64,000 nt of DNA, taken from the NCBI GenBank assembly GCA_020891255.1, contig BQFW01000012.1, positions 1,426,001-1,490,000 of the forward strand. The letters are read 5' to 3'. Under the pieces are notes generated by a model. It saw nothing but the letters and a program-made list of their open reading frames with translations. It was not told where the DNA came from and made no database searches. Source of the stretch: Entomortierella parvispora E1425. Taxonomy: Eukaryota; Fungi; Mortierellomycota. Positions 11,561-23,831 of this stretch are shown piece after piece. Each line of letters begins with the position of its first letter. Within the stretch, counting starts at the first letter, position 1. The translations under genes and the position numbers were made by a program.

Positions 11561-14500
11561 ATGAGTTCGCATCGCCAAGGTACCACTCCATTCCACAATT
11601 CATACAGGGTGAAAACTATGCACTACGACGCGCCACCTTCGCGACAAAAAACACCCTCGGGCACCAGGCAGCTTCTCACACCTCCCTCTCTTTCTTTCTC
11701 TTTATGTTGTGATTAGTCGTATATCAGCTATGCTCTATACATTGTTGGACGAGCGAGGAGCTTAGAGCCATGGATGGTGCCATCAGGTCAGGAGACTTTG
11801 TCTTGGAACGTTGCCTTTCATGATCATTTTATGTGGAGAACACAGCATATACGACAGCAACCATTCACACACACACACACACACATCCTTTCCTCTTGAC
11901 TTTAACTCAACAGAAACATCGAAGACCAGACAGAGTCAACAATCGTGTACCTCAATGACAAGAAGGTAACTACTGCTCTTATCAATGACACCAAACGCGA
12001 CATTTGACAATGCCTCTGGAAAGATGTCGGACGGCTTTATCCAATTTGGTCCGACTTCATTGAAGCTATTCCCTTGAATTCTTCTCTGCCATCATCTCTA
12101 TCGATGTCTATACACTGACTATTTTTGCTTTTGTTTTCGCCTCCAATTAATTCAGAGATTCAAGATCACAGGAGCTGACTCCCAGAAGCAACACTCGGCG
12201 TAAGTAGATGTGGACGTGGGAAAACTCTCGACCCGTACTTCGTCTTACTAACTCGGACATGACCTATTTATCGGAATGAATCAGACTCTCTGCACTGTCA
12301 GACATGTTGAACCACAAGGTAAATGGAAGCATCTAACTCTGCTACCTACCGTTGAAACACTTCTCGGCGATCTAATGGAACAATCCTATTCCTTGTTAGA
12401 TGCCAGCGATAATAAATCTATCCGAGGTGCCATACGATCGACTTGGCATGTCAGAAGGCAACTCGATGACCAGTACGCCAAACTCGAACCACCTCCAGGG
12501 AACCATTATCACGACCGAGGATCTCAGTGCCGCCCTTCGCGCTGCGACTCTTGAAGACGCGACCCCTGCCACTCCGCCTCAGGACGAGGAGTTCATGCGC
12601 ATGTTCCGAGTCAGCGATGAAGTGGAGGATGAAGAAAAGATGTACTACCAGGAAAAATCTCAAAAACATGACCTCCCCACCATTATTGCCGAAAGTCATG
12701 GTTGCACAGCAGAGGTGTCAGGTCCCGGAGAGGTAAGGCTGAGGGCCCAGCATTTTTTTTTTTTTTTTTTTTTTTTTGCTTTCTTGATGCCTCCACTCTC
12801 TTAGTAGGGGTACTCACACGACTATCTACCCATAGCCCCGAACTGTGACTATTATCGGCAAGGACAAGGCCAACGTCGATATTTGCCTTCGTCAAATGGA
12901 AGAAATGCAGGTCTATTACCTTCGAAAGCCCTTCATGAAACAAAAGGTCGCGCTCTTTTACGGCAACCCGACAGAAATCTACAGAGTTCGATTCCAACTC
13001 CTTTCAGAACATCCCTTTCACTCAACTCGCACAACAATCTTTCCGACATCGGCCAATATGAAGGAGCCCAAAAACTACTGCATTGCTGTCAAAGCAACAT
13101 ATGATCAAATGCAGGGAGTTTGGGCTATTAGCAACAGGCGTAGCCCGCCGCCTAGCCGCGCGACTGTTCAAGCGCCATCCCCCGCACGAGGACAATCAAG
13201 GTCCCAATCCCCTGCGGCTCAAAATTATGGCGGCCAGTGGCAGAATGCAAATTCTTTTGAAGCGAAGCCATCAATGTGGTCCACTGCGCGTCCAAGTGCC
13301 AGCCCTGCCTCAAGCAGTCCTAGGTCATCCCCGCAACCATGGGGTAGACCTGGGCCTGCCTCCGCAAGGCGACCTTCCACTCCTAGAGCCGCAAGTGATT
13401 GGTCCTCATTCCCAGATGAAGGCCTTGATGCCTCGAGCTCATCCAGCGACTGGCCTACTCCTTCGAGTGAAACACCAAGCTGGGCTAATACTGTTACAGA
13501 GGGTCTGGCGTCAAATCCCTTTGGCACCCCTAGCCGTGCACCTAGCGTCGTGCGTACAATGAGACAGTCAGAATGGCCTGCTCCTTCATTCGACACTCGT
13601 GGGGATGGCGATTTCCCGTCTTTAGCAACAGCTAAACCACGGGCACAAAAGTCTGGTATGCCCAAGCTTCCGCCTGTTAGAATTGTTACCCCCGATCCGG
13701 CTGTCGGTAATCTTTTGGATCTCGGTTCAAGCTCACAGGCTCCTTCTCCTCCACCACCACAAGCCATTCCTGGCATGTCTGCAGCCGTTTCAAATCGGCC
13801 ACTTGTCTTTGGCGAAGAAGACTTTGCATTCCTGGAGAGCAAGACTGCAAACAGTCGCTCAATGGGAGCAAACACGCCCAACGCAACGTCAAGTTCGAGT
13901 CGATCAGCGACTGTCAACACATTGAATGCAGCAGCCCCCAGGCTGCGTGATCCTGTCAAAGAAGAGGAAGACAAACGAAGAGAAGTCCGTCGAATGACGT
14001 TGCAACAGGCTTCTCCGGGCGAAGGCAATGCTGTCAAGGAGTTCATTGACGGGGAGCGCGCGTTCAACCTGCGTCGGCAAGCAGAGTCGATTCGAGCGTG
14101 CTTGGATGAACTTCGAGGTCAGCGCAAGGAAATTCGGTTGATTGGTAGACTGGGTCTGTCCTTGTTCCCAAAGGACTCTTCTCTTGCAAACAAGGTCTTT
14201 GAGTGCAGCGAGCTTCATCTCAGCAGGCCAGACTTTAGTCCGATGTAGGTGTTCTCCACTCATCTTGTTCTTTTATCTTTACCCAACTTTTTGTATCTTT
14301 GCTAATGTCGCTGCATGATCCTCTCACTCCTCTTACAGAGCCACCACGTCTTTGGAAAATATTGAAAGTCTATTTGGATACCTGGGACATCCTACGGTCG
14401 ACACGGCGCAATACGAAGTGTTTTGCAACAGTCGCAACAACCCCAATGTTCGATGGACAGAAACCCTGATCACCGTTCCTTCCAACAAAGCCGTCTTGGA

Positions 14501-15299
14501 CCGTGTGGTTCATCCTTGGGAGACGTTAGGAGAAGTGACTTGGAATGGCCTAGATCGGGATCTCGATTTTGAGTTGTTGTTGCAGGCTCGAGAGGGCATC
14601 AGTCGCAACTTGACCACGGCGCTTGGACGCACAGATGTCAAACCGTATAAGGATTTCCAAAAGAAACTCTCGCTTGGGTACGAAGAGTCGAGGTGTCTTT
14701 GAATGACTGTATTGAATGGAACAAGGCAGTTTTTTCTGACTATTGTTTTTATGCGTGGATTTATATATATGTTTAGAACGAAGAACAGCCACATTACTTG
14801 CCGTGACATCGAAGACTACTTGGAGGTCTTGCAGATTGTCTTTCGAGAATCCAAGCACTTTGACAGGAAAGACGGCAGTGGATGCATCATTGTTGTGCAC
14901 AGAGTAGAGGAGCTCCAACTCACCCGTGAGCGTGAATTGGGTCTGGTCAAGGGCATGACAAGAGGTCGAGGCAAGACCTGGTATGAAGTGGAGGTAAGTT
15001 AACAGTGATTTCTCAAAAAAAAAATCACCTTTGATTGTTGTTCTCTTTGCTGTTGTTTAAAGTGTCTTTTGACCAACGGTCTACGTTACCTGTGCGTTAA
15101 CCGTTTTTAGGTCCATTGTGAGATGATTAACAAGCGGTTGAAATCAAACCTGACCATTACGCCTGGACTGGTTGCGGACTGGGAAGCGGGCGACCTTTTG
15201 GGCGATGTCATTTTGAACCCCACGGATCGACCCTTGGTTCGGATGGTTCAAAACTTGATGGAGCTCGCCAACGAATGCCAGCAAAAGTTTGCTTACTGA
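11561..15299 (+). CDS. Multi-exon hypothetical protein: possible KH-like N-terminal units, Ser/Pro-rich linker, C-terminal globular domain
   Basis: Phase-consistent splicing: MSSHRQ|VVYQLCSIHCWTSEELRAMDGAIR|NIEDQTESTIVYLNDKK|RFKITGADSQKQHSA|LSALSDMLNHK|MPAIINL... The 12845-14248 ORF follows, and the last exon ends ...ECQQKFAY* at 15299. Domain identity is inferred only. Confidence 0.7.
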
Positions 15300-15666
15300 A
15301 TTGAGCGTCTCTAATCCTCTTCGCGCCTGCTGCTGGGAATATTTTGGTCATATTGTATTCATTCGTTCTCTCGCCATCTCTTTCTTGGAATTTGAAAAAA
15401 CGAACAAAATATATATTATTACCTTTGGCGGACAAAAATATTATTTATTAATGAACTGGCTATGGGCAAGAACACAGAAGAACAAAACTGGAAACATAGG
15501 AAGGAAATGAGGATGGCGCGAAAAATATCTATAGTACATGGGATGAAATTGAAAGAAAAGGAAAAAAGAAAATGGGGAGAATCGATCGCTCCGATCCGAG
15601 CCATGGGAGACAAAAAAAGGGGGCCGAATTGGATGCTTGCTTTCTTCTCTTTCTTTGCTTTTTTTT

Positions 15667-18600
15667 CTATCCCTGGCTCGGATCCTGCATATGACCTTGA
15701 TTCGCCTGCTGTTGCTGCTGGTGCTGTTGTTGTTGTTGCTGTTGGTGATGGAGCAACTGCTGTTGCTGTTGCTGCTGCTGTTGGAATTGTTGAAGCTGGA
15801 GTCGTTGCTGCATGGTCAATGGAGATCCAAAGGGACCGTTGGCATTGGCTTGCAGGTTCTGCATCAAGTTGGGGGTGCCTCCTGCACCTGCTGCTGCAGC
15901 CGCTACCACCGCTTGGGCTTGGAATCCCAGGTTTTGGATTGGACTGTTGGTGACGTTTACTAAAAACAGGAAGAAGAAAACATAGTCAGGTGTTAGATAT
16001 GCAGAAAGAAGTTTTGTATGATAGGCCACACCAGCACTTCATGCAAAGATTATAAAGATCTTACATTGTCCAGTCTGGGGTTGTTGCTGTTGTGCCTGCT
16101 GTTGTTGGTACGCAAGTTGCTGTTGCTGTTGTTGCTGCTGCAGGAATCGAGCCTTTTGTTGTTGAAGCATCTGAGCCTGCAACAGATATTGTTGCTGAGT
16201 CTGTTGAGGGTTCAAAACACCAGCTTGACTCACAGATGCCATGAGATTAGGCGACCCCACTCCAGCCTGCTGTTGAGCCTGAGCCTGTGCTTGTGCCTGT
16301 GCCTGCGCCAGCTGCTGCGCTTGCTGGTGTTGAAGTTGCTGAAGCTGCAACTGCTGTTGCTGGATCGTAGGGGGGATGGTGCCGACGGTGAGGTTGGGGA
16401 TCGGGACCTTCAAGAACAACAAGCCAATGAGATTGAAATTCTTTTCGTGATAGATCAAAACCATGCCAGCATTGGGTCCAATCTGAGGGAACCGGACCAC
16501 GGCCACGACCTTCTTGGCTCCCATGGACTTTGTCAGCGCGTCAAACATCGTGCTGTTTTCCACTGTGTTATTGGCCGAAGGGTAGATGTGGATGAAGGGC
16601 AGCATGTGGGTCTCGGCCAATTTGTGGAGCTCTGTCGTCTTGGCGGGCATGTGTCCTGTAATTTGAAGTTTCTTTGGCCACAGCGAAAAAGAGCTAGAGA
16701 AAGAAAGAGAAATGTGTATAGTTAGTACCGAGAGATCCTGTCGATACACCAATGCAAAGGAGAACCTGTAGGCGAAATCTGTAGATAACATACTATTCAT
16801 CCTCCAAAGTCTTGTCGAGAGCCTTGCCAGCAAAAGTCGAGATGGAGCAAGAAAGCTCCCTTGGTGCACCTCCAGAATTGACCATCCATGAGAGATCGCC
16901 AGACCAAACTGGATCGCCTCCAAGACCAATATTCCTCTGTCGCTGTTGGGCAGTTTGCAATAGCAATTGATGTTGCTGGTGCATCTGAGCTTGAGCTTGC
17001 TGTTGAGGTGTTTGAGCCACTGCTGGTTGCTGCTGAAGCTGGGGCGTGTGCTGTTGCTGCTGTTGTTGCAGCTGCTGTTGCTGTAGTTGAGGCGTTTGTT
17101 GCTGCTGGAGTTGAGGCGTCTGCTGTTGCATCTGAGGGGTTTGTTGCAGCTGCTGTTGCGAAAGCGAAGGGGTTCCCTGCTGCTGCTGACCATCCGGTTG
17201 CTGCTGCTGTTGTTGTTGCTGTTGCTGTTGCTGCTGCTGCTGCATTTGAAGCAATTGGTTTTGGTTTTGTCCTTGCTGCTGCGCTTGCTGTTGTGCTTGC
17301 TGTTGCGCTTGCTGTTGCGCTTGCTGTTGCGCTTGCTGTTGCGCTTGCTGTTGCGCTTGCTGCTGCTGCAATATCCGCTGCTGCAATATCATGTTCTGCA
17401 GCTGTTGCTGTTGTTGGTTTTGTGGCTGACCTTGCTGCTGCTGTGGTTGTCCCAGTTGTTGCTGTGGTTGCCCTTGTAGCTGCGGCTGACCCTGCTGTTG
17501 CTGCTGCTGCAATTGTTGCTGCTGCTGTTGTTGCAATTGTTGAACTGCCTGTTGCTGGCGTTGTGCGGTGACAAGCTGTCTGAACTGCTGTTGCTGAAGC
17601 GGGGTGAGAGAGACTCCAGCAGAAATACGTTGCTGGAAAGCGCGAAGCAACTGAACCTGGGGACTTGGAACAACTCCAGCCGGTTGCTGTTGCAAGGTTG
17701 CCTGAGGCTGCTGTTGACCCTGCTGAGCCTGTTGCTGTTGCAATTGCTGTGGTTGTTGTTGCTGTTGAGGTTGCTGTTGTTGTTGTTGTTGCTGAACCTG
17801 CTGTTGCTGTGGTTGCGGTTGTTGTGGTTGCTGCTGCTGAAGTTGCTGCTGTTGATGCTGCTGTTGCTGCAGTTGTTGCTGTTGACCTATCGCAGCAGTG
17901 TTGTTTGCCATAGAAACGGTTGGACGCTGTTGCTGTTGCTGTTGCAAAAGAGCTGCTGCTGTTACATTGGGTGATCCTGCTCCCAGGTTGGACACAGGAG
18001 AGCCAGCGTTGCGCTGAAGAGGTGATCCCGCCACTACACTCTTTGCTGTCAATGGTGATCCATTCTGGGTGACCTGCAACTGCTGTTGCTGCTGGGCTAG
18101 CTGTTGATTTTGCTGTTGTGCTGCCTGCTGTGCCTGCTGTGCCTGCTGTGCTTGCTGTGCTTGCTGCTGTATCATGTACTGTCGCTGAAGTTGTTGTTGT
18201 GCAGCTTGCTGAGCCGCTTGTCTTTGCGCTGCCTGCAACTGAGCCTGTTGCTGAGCTTGCTGCAGGGCTTGCTGCTGAGCCTGCTGCGCTGCCTGTAAAG
18301 CGGGGCTAGTTCCCTGCTGGATTTGCTGAGCAGCAGCTGCGGCCTGTTGTTGCTGTTGCTGGGCCTGGAGCTGAGCCTGCTGTTGCTTGATCAAGGGCGA
18401 TATTTGTTGCTGCTGCTGTTGTTGCTGTTGCTGCTGTTGCTGCTGTCCCTGAGCTCCACTCGAATTTGCGTTCGCATTTGCGGCGGCATTTGCATTTGCT
18501 GTCGCGTTTGCATTCGCCTGCTTGATAGCCTGCTGCTGCAACTGCTGGAACTGCATCGCCTTCAAGGCCTGGAGCTGCTGTGGAGTCAGTTGCTGCAGCT

Positions 18601-19843
18601 GTTGAGGAGTAATCTGCTGAAGTTGTCCATGGGATTGGATCTGGATCGGCGCTCCTTGCTGTGCCATGAAGGGAGATCCCGCCAACGGGTTGACAACACG
18701 GGCCTTGTTCAAAGCTGGACTGGCGACGTTGCTATTATTAGTTCCATTGACGGCGGCAGTAGTGCTGGTGGGGTTTGCATTCGAGGCATCGTTCGAATGA
18801 TCTGTCGGTGTCGCTGCCGCAGGCTGTTGCTCTATCTTGATGGCTGCATCCTTCTTTGAATCCTCAGGGTGGGAGCCATTGGTCGCTGTTGGCGCTGCAA
18901 TGGGTGCTGAGGGCGTGACGCCCTCCTCGATTTTAGTCCTCTTGGTAGAAGGGCCTCCGTTCATCTTGGGCGAGGTGCCCGAGGCTGCTGGAGAGCTAAC
19001 AGATGGCTCGCGTTTCAAATCCGAGCTCTCAGTCCCTGATCCATAAGATGTGCTGCCTCTCTTGTTTCCCTGGGCAGCTGCGGCAGGTGGGGTTTGGGTG
19101 TCGGCAACAGCTGGCGTCGAAACGGTAACAGGTGTGGTCGAAGGAGGTGTGGGCAGTTGGAATCCTGCAAGCTTTACGATATGTTTTGGAGACGCCTTTG
19201 GGACGGCATCAATGATAGTGACGGATGGATCGTTGACCTAGAAATGTACACAAATGGAGACTTGAGTGACATGGACCCATTGTTGTTGTTGTTGTCATTG
19301 TCGTTGTTGTTTTTCCATCCAGTTAGTTCATGTTTGCGCCACAGCCCATACCTTTGTGACCAGATCGAGAAGCTCTCCCTGCTTGGAAGGTGTTATCAAG
19401 GACAGTGATATTGATCGCTGGAGATGTTGTACGACTTTAGTATACTTTGCCCTCTGGAATGAGATGGCGAGTCAATTGGATGTCCACTGCGACGATGTTT
19501 TGTTACCTTGAGAAGCTCCTGTGCGGCGTTGCCAAGACTAAAGTTGTCGTAACGTTCGTTCGAGTTGCAACGGCATCCCGTGAGATGTGGAGCACTGTCG
19601 GCCACAAGAATGAGGTGTCGATCTGGCTCTGCACTGTCGCTGCTCCGAAGCTCGTCATACTGGTCAAACAGCTAGAAAGAACAACATGTAAACAGTCGTT
19701 GGGTGAGCATATGGAAAGAGACCAAAGAGACAAGGGAGAACAAATATTCTGTGCCCCCTTTTGTTTCATCCCAGTTTGACCCTGTCCTTTGTCCCTGTCT
19801 GCCCCCTGTTCCTGTGCTTCTGCTCACTTTTTTTGCCTTTGGC

Positions 19844-19875
<32 letters not shown>

Positions 19876-21002
19876 GTGGCAGTTCTCCGATGAAATGGAT
19901 TCTGATCGATCAACAAGGGTAGGGTTGTGTGGGGCCATACCTCCAAAGCGGACACAAGACCCTCGGTCACTGCATTCCTAAAGACGCCACCATACTCAAA
20001 CTTGATGAGTCTAAGTTCTCGAAGGAAGGAGATGGGGTCGTTTGTAAAGTAACGGGTATCGACGGTGGAGGTTGAGCTTGGCTGGTAATCGCCATAGATC
20101 GTCAATCCACACCGCACTAGGGGCTGTGAAAGCAAGAATGAGAGAAAGAGAGATACGGGCGATCAAGGAGGGAAGGAGGGCAGGAGGGAGGAACAGGGTG
20201 GTTAGTGCTGCACGTCAGGAAACACACTGTTTCTCTTCATGTTCATTCAGTCGCACAGATAATAAACAATTGTTTTTTTGATGAGATTCCCCGCGGTCTT
20301 TTTGTGACAGTGTGCCAATAATAAAAAAGAGGGCCTACGATCCATTCATAATTCCAGTTCTGTTTGACTTTTCTTTTTGACTGACTTACAGCGTCTTTGG
20401 GTCGAGCTTGATTCGTCTCTGGATCGATTGGAGGTGCACGGAAGTGTCTATTGCAAGACAAGGCAAATAAATATAAAAAAGAGTCGACATCGCACCTGGT
20501 CAGTCTCCATGTTGCAATGCTATCCTCGTGTCGTCTTGTCTGTCTGTGTATCTGCGTGTCTGTGTGTCTGTGTGTCTGCACAACAGAAAGGCAGAGGGGA
20601 AAAACAAAGAGCCAACAGAGCCAAATCCAACAGCCAGCCAGCCCCAAGCAGAACGGCTCAAAAGTGCCATGCCTGTCCCTTCCTTCCTTTACTTTTTTTT
20701 CCGCCCTTCTCTTTTGTTCTTTTTCTCTGGGAAAGGTGATCCATCTCACATCCTCTTTCCTACCTCAAGATAGGCTCGATGTACGAGATCAGGAGAGATT
20801 CAAAATTGGGTCCCATTCGGGCAGAACTCTCAATAGCAAAGACACAGAGGATCTCGTGGCGCTGACTGGGGGGACCGGGGGTCGAGACGGTCTGCAGTGG
20901 CATTGGGGAGGCGCCTGCCCCGGGTGAGGCGATCCCATAGGCTGGTGAAGGTGCCGTGGGACCGACCGAGGAAGCCGTCTGGGCGCTGGAGGCGAGCATC
21001 AT
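15667..21002 (-). CDS. MED25: Mediator complex subunit 25-like (N-terminal VWA, polyQ middle, ACID/PTOV domain)
   Basis: VWA-type N-terminus EILCVFAIESSARMGPNFESLLISYIEPILR...IKFEYGGVFRNAVTEGLVSALE...RHLILVADSAP. ACID-like region VWSGDLSW...WPKKLQITGHMP...VVRFP...MVLIY...LIGLLF. Long Gln-rich tracts between and after these domains. Confidence 0.8.
15700..18620 (-). repeat. CAG/CAA polyglutamine microsatellite-rich coding region, including (QQQA)n 12-mers near 17280-17360
   Basis: Dense TGC/TGT trinucleotide runs on the + strand. They produce long poly-L and poly-A/V shadow ORFs. Confidence 0.9.
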
Positions 21003-22127
21003 GGCGATGGACTCGACAGAGGACGGGTATCAATGGTTGGAGGGGAGAAGAAGCTGGAGGGGAAGGAGTGTGGGGTCAACAAAAGGGAGGAAGGGGAGGC
21101 AAGGGGAAGCAATGAGGCGAAATGGAACGTGTTATGTGGGGTGCAGAGGGGAAGAAGAAGAGGACGAGATGCGAGGGTGGAATGAATGCAGAGGTGAGAA
21201 GTGCAATGATGGATGAATGAGAGAAGCTGAGGCAAGGCACGAGCAAGAGAAAAGAAGAGAAAGAAGAGAAAGAAGAGAAAGAAGAGAAAGAAGAAGAAGA
21301 AAAGACAAAGAGGAGGAAGAGGAAAGGAAGAAAAAGAAGAAGAGAGAAAAGAAACAAGGACACGGATGCATCAAGACCCAACCAAGAAGACGCTTAATCT
21401 CTCCTCTCTCTCTCCATCGCTTTGCTCGAAGGAAACACCACCCAGAGAGGGACAGACACCCTTTCCACCGCGCAAAAATGCACGGTCACGTGCGGATCAA
21501 TTGTGGCGATGTGTGTGTGTCCTTTGTGTCCTTTGCCTTCCTTTGCCCTTTCGTTGGCTTTGCCACCGCTGTTTTTTTTGCCTTTGATCTGCTCCACCTA
21601 CGCCCTCTTGCTCTCTCGCTCTCCCTACAGCTTCTCTGTCAGACAACACAGCTGGACTTGTGGGGAATACAGCGGGCATGCCGTCGCGTTGGATTTTTTT
21701 TTTTTAAATCTGTTCCTAGACAACAGGAGTCTGAATAAGTAATCCTGAAAAAAGACGGCGTGTCTGTTTGCTCTGCCTTGTCTGTTGTCGGCCGTCGTAG
21801 CGTCATCTGCGCTGTCTTTGACCTGTGCGTTACCAATTGCTGCTATGAGTTCTTGTCCTCCCTCGCTCGGACATTTTTTGTTCGCTCGCGCAATTCAAGA
21901 CGTTTGGCGAGTCAAAACGACTTTAGCTGTGACGGGTGCTTGTTTTTCATTTGTCAGCCTGGCCATTTTTTTATTTTTTTTTCTCATGGACAGAATGGCG
22001 AACAGCTCTCCATAAATAGGGCGCTCGTCCTCGCTTATTTGCTTCATATCATCATCAAACACACAACTCTTTTCTCGATCGCCCCTTCTACTTCCTCTTC
22101 TTCTCCTCAATACCACGCCCTTTAGAA

Positions 22128-23484
22128 ATGCTCAGAGTCACAGCAATTACCAAGAAAGCAGAGCCAGAGCTCATCGTCGAGTACCCTCAGCAGCGACACC
22201 ACGTTCCTCAAAAGATTTCCCCTGGATCCTTTGTCCAAAGTGCGTCCTCCCCTTCTTCATCTTCGCAAGAAGAAGTGCCTCTCCTCTTCCAGCCCTTCAC
22301 TGTCAAGGACCTCGTGCTGCCAAATCGAATCCTCGTGGCGCCCATGTGCACTGATTCGAGCGAGGATGGTTTCACAAGCGATTTTCACTTGGTAAACCTT
22401 GGTGCCTGGAGCCTTCACGGCGCTGGTCTGATCATTATGGAGGCGACTGCCGTCACTGAATTTGGTCGGATTACTCCCGGCGACGTTGGCCTTTACCGTG
22501 ACGAACACGTCCCTGGCGTGAAGCGCATTGTGGACTTTGTTCATAACCAAGGCGGCAAGATCGGTGTTCAACTGGCGCACGCTGGACGCAAGGTAACAAG
22601 ACAGATCTGGCTCACTTCTTAAGCACTGTCACACACATTTTCTACCCCACAATCTACGCAGTCTACGGAATTATTGACTCTTTCCTCCAACATTCTTGTT
22701 CTCTTTTTATTTTTTACAGGCGTCGCACAAGGCTGGGTACACTCAGCACTCAGCAGACGAGTTTTGGCCCGAGAACGTGGTTGGACCTTCTGGAGGACTT
22801 CTTTGGGACCATAACCACCATGTTCCAAGAGAGCTGACTGTGGAAGAGATTCAACTGATCGTCAAGGCTTTTGGTACCGCCGCTGCCCGCGCCGCACTTG
22901 CAGGTATGGATACTGTCGAAATCCACGGTGCCCATGGCTACTTGATCCACAGTTTTCTGTCGCCTGTGACCAACCACCGAACAGATCAGTATGGTGGATC
23001 GCTCGAGAACCGTGCTCGATTCTTGCTTGAAGTCATTCAAGAGGTCCGTGAGAACTTTCCAGCAGAGAAGCCGATCCTCCTCCGCGTTTCGGCTACAGAC
23101 TATGTCGAGCATCTCGAAAGTCCTTCGTGGGAGATTGAGCAGACAGTCCAGATTGCAAAATGGGTCAAGGAAGCAGGTGTCGATGTGTTCCATGTGTCCT
23201 CGGGAGGAAACACAGCTCAACAAAAGATCAAGGCCTTCCCGGGTTACCAGGTTCCCTTTGCGGAGCGTGTCAAGAGTGAAGTGCCCGGTTTGCATGTCGT
23301 TGCTGTGGGTTTGATCAAGGACGGCAAGCAGGCAGAGGAAGTGTTGCAGCAGGAGAGAGCTGATCTGATTGCTATTGGTCGTGGCTTTTTGCGAGACCCT
23401 AGCTTTACACTCCAGGCAGCTAGGCAACTCGGGTTGGTTGCGCAACACTCTGTACAATATAGCAGAGTCCAGAACAACGCATGA
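22128..23484 (+). CDS. NADH:flavin oxidoreductase, Old Yellow Enzyme family, paralog 2
   Basis: Motifs RILVAPMCTDS, VQLAHAGRK, EIHGAHGYLIHSFLSPVTNHRTDQYGGSLENRARF. Intron in the same position as paralog 1. Confidence 0.93.
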
Positions 23485-23831
23485 AGCATCTAAGGGTTGT
23501 CCTCATTGTACAATAGCCGCATCCATGCAAGCATTCAGTCATACGTAGAGATCATACATCCAATACAAAAAAATGAATTACAGTAAACCGAAAAAGACGC
23601 GTGTCAAATTTCGGTGGCGCAAGACAGGTGTTTCCCCACCTCGTGCATGCACGCACCAATGTGCTCTTCATCTTTCTTTTTCCCTCTCCCTCATTCTCAA
23701 CCAAACCCCTCTTGCTTGGATTGCCCCATCTCCTTGTTGGACTCGCCTTCTCCCTTCTCCTTCTCACTCATTGAGTCTCATTCGACGCATTTCTGCCTAC
23801 CAGGAGTCAGAGTCCTATAACAGCCATTCCC

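Noticed and set aside
15462-18859. Long ORFs antisense or out of frame to MED25, and 41827-43416 antisense to the AEK gene
   Set aside because: They are shadows of trinucleotide and low-complexity coding repeats.
21245-21300. AGAAAGAAG 9-mer tandem repeat
   Set aside because: Simple purine microsatellite in a promoter/UTR region with no spacers; it is not CRISPR-like.
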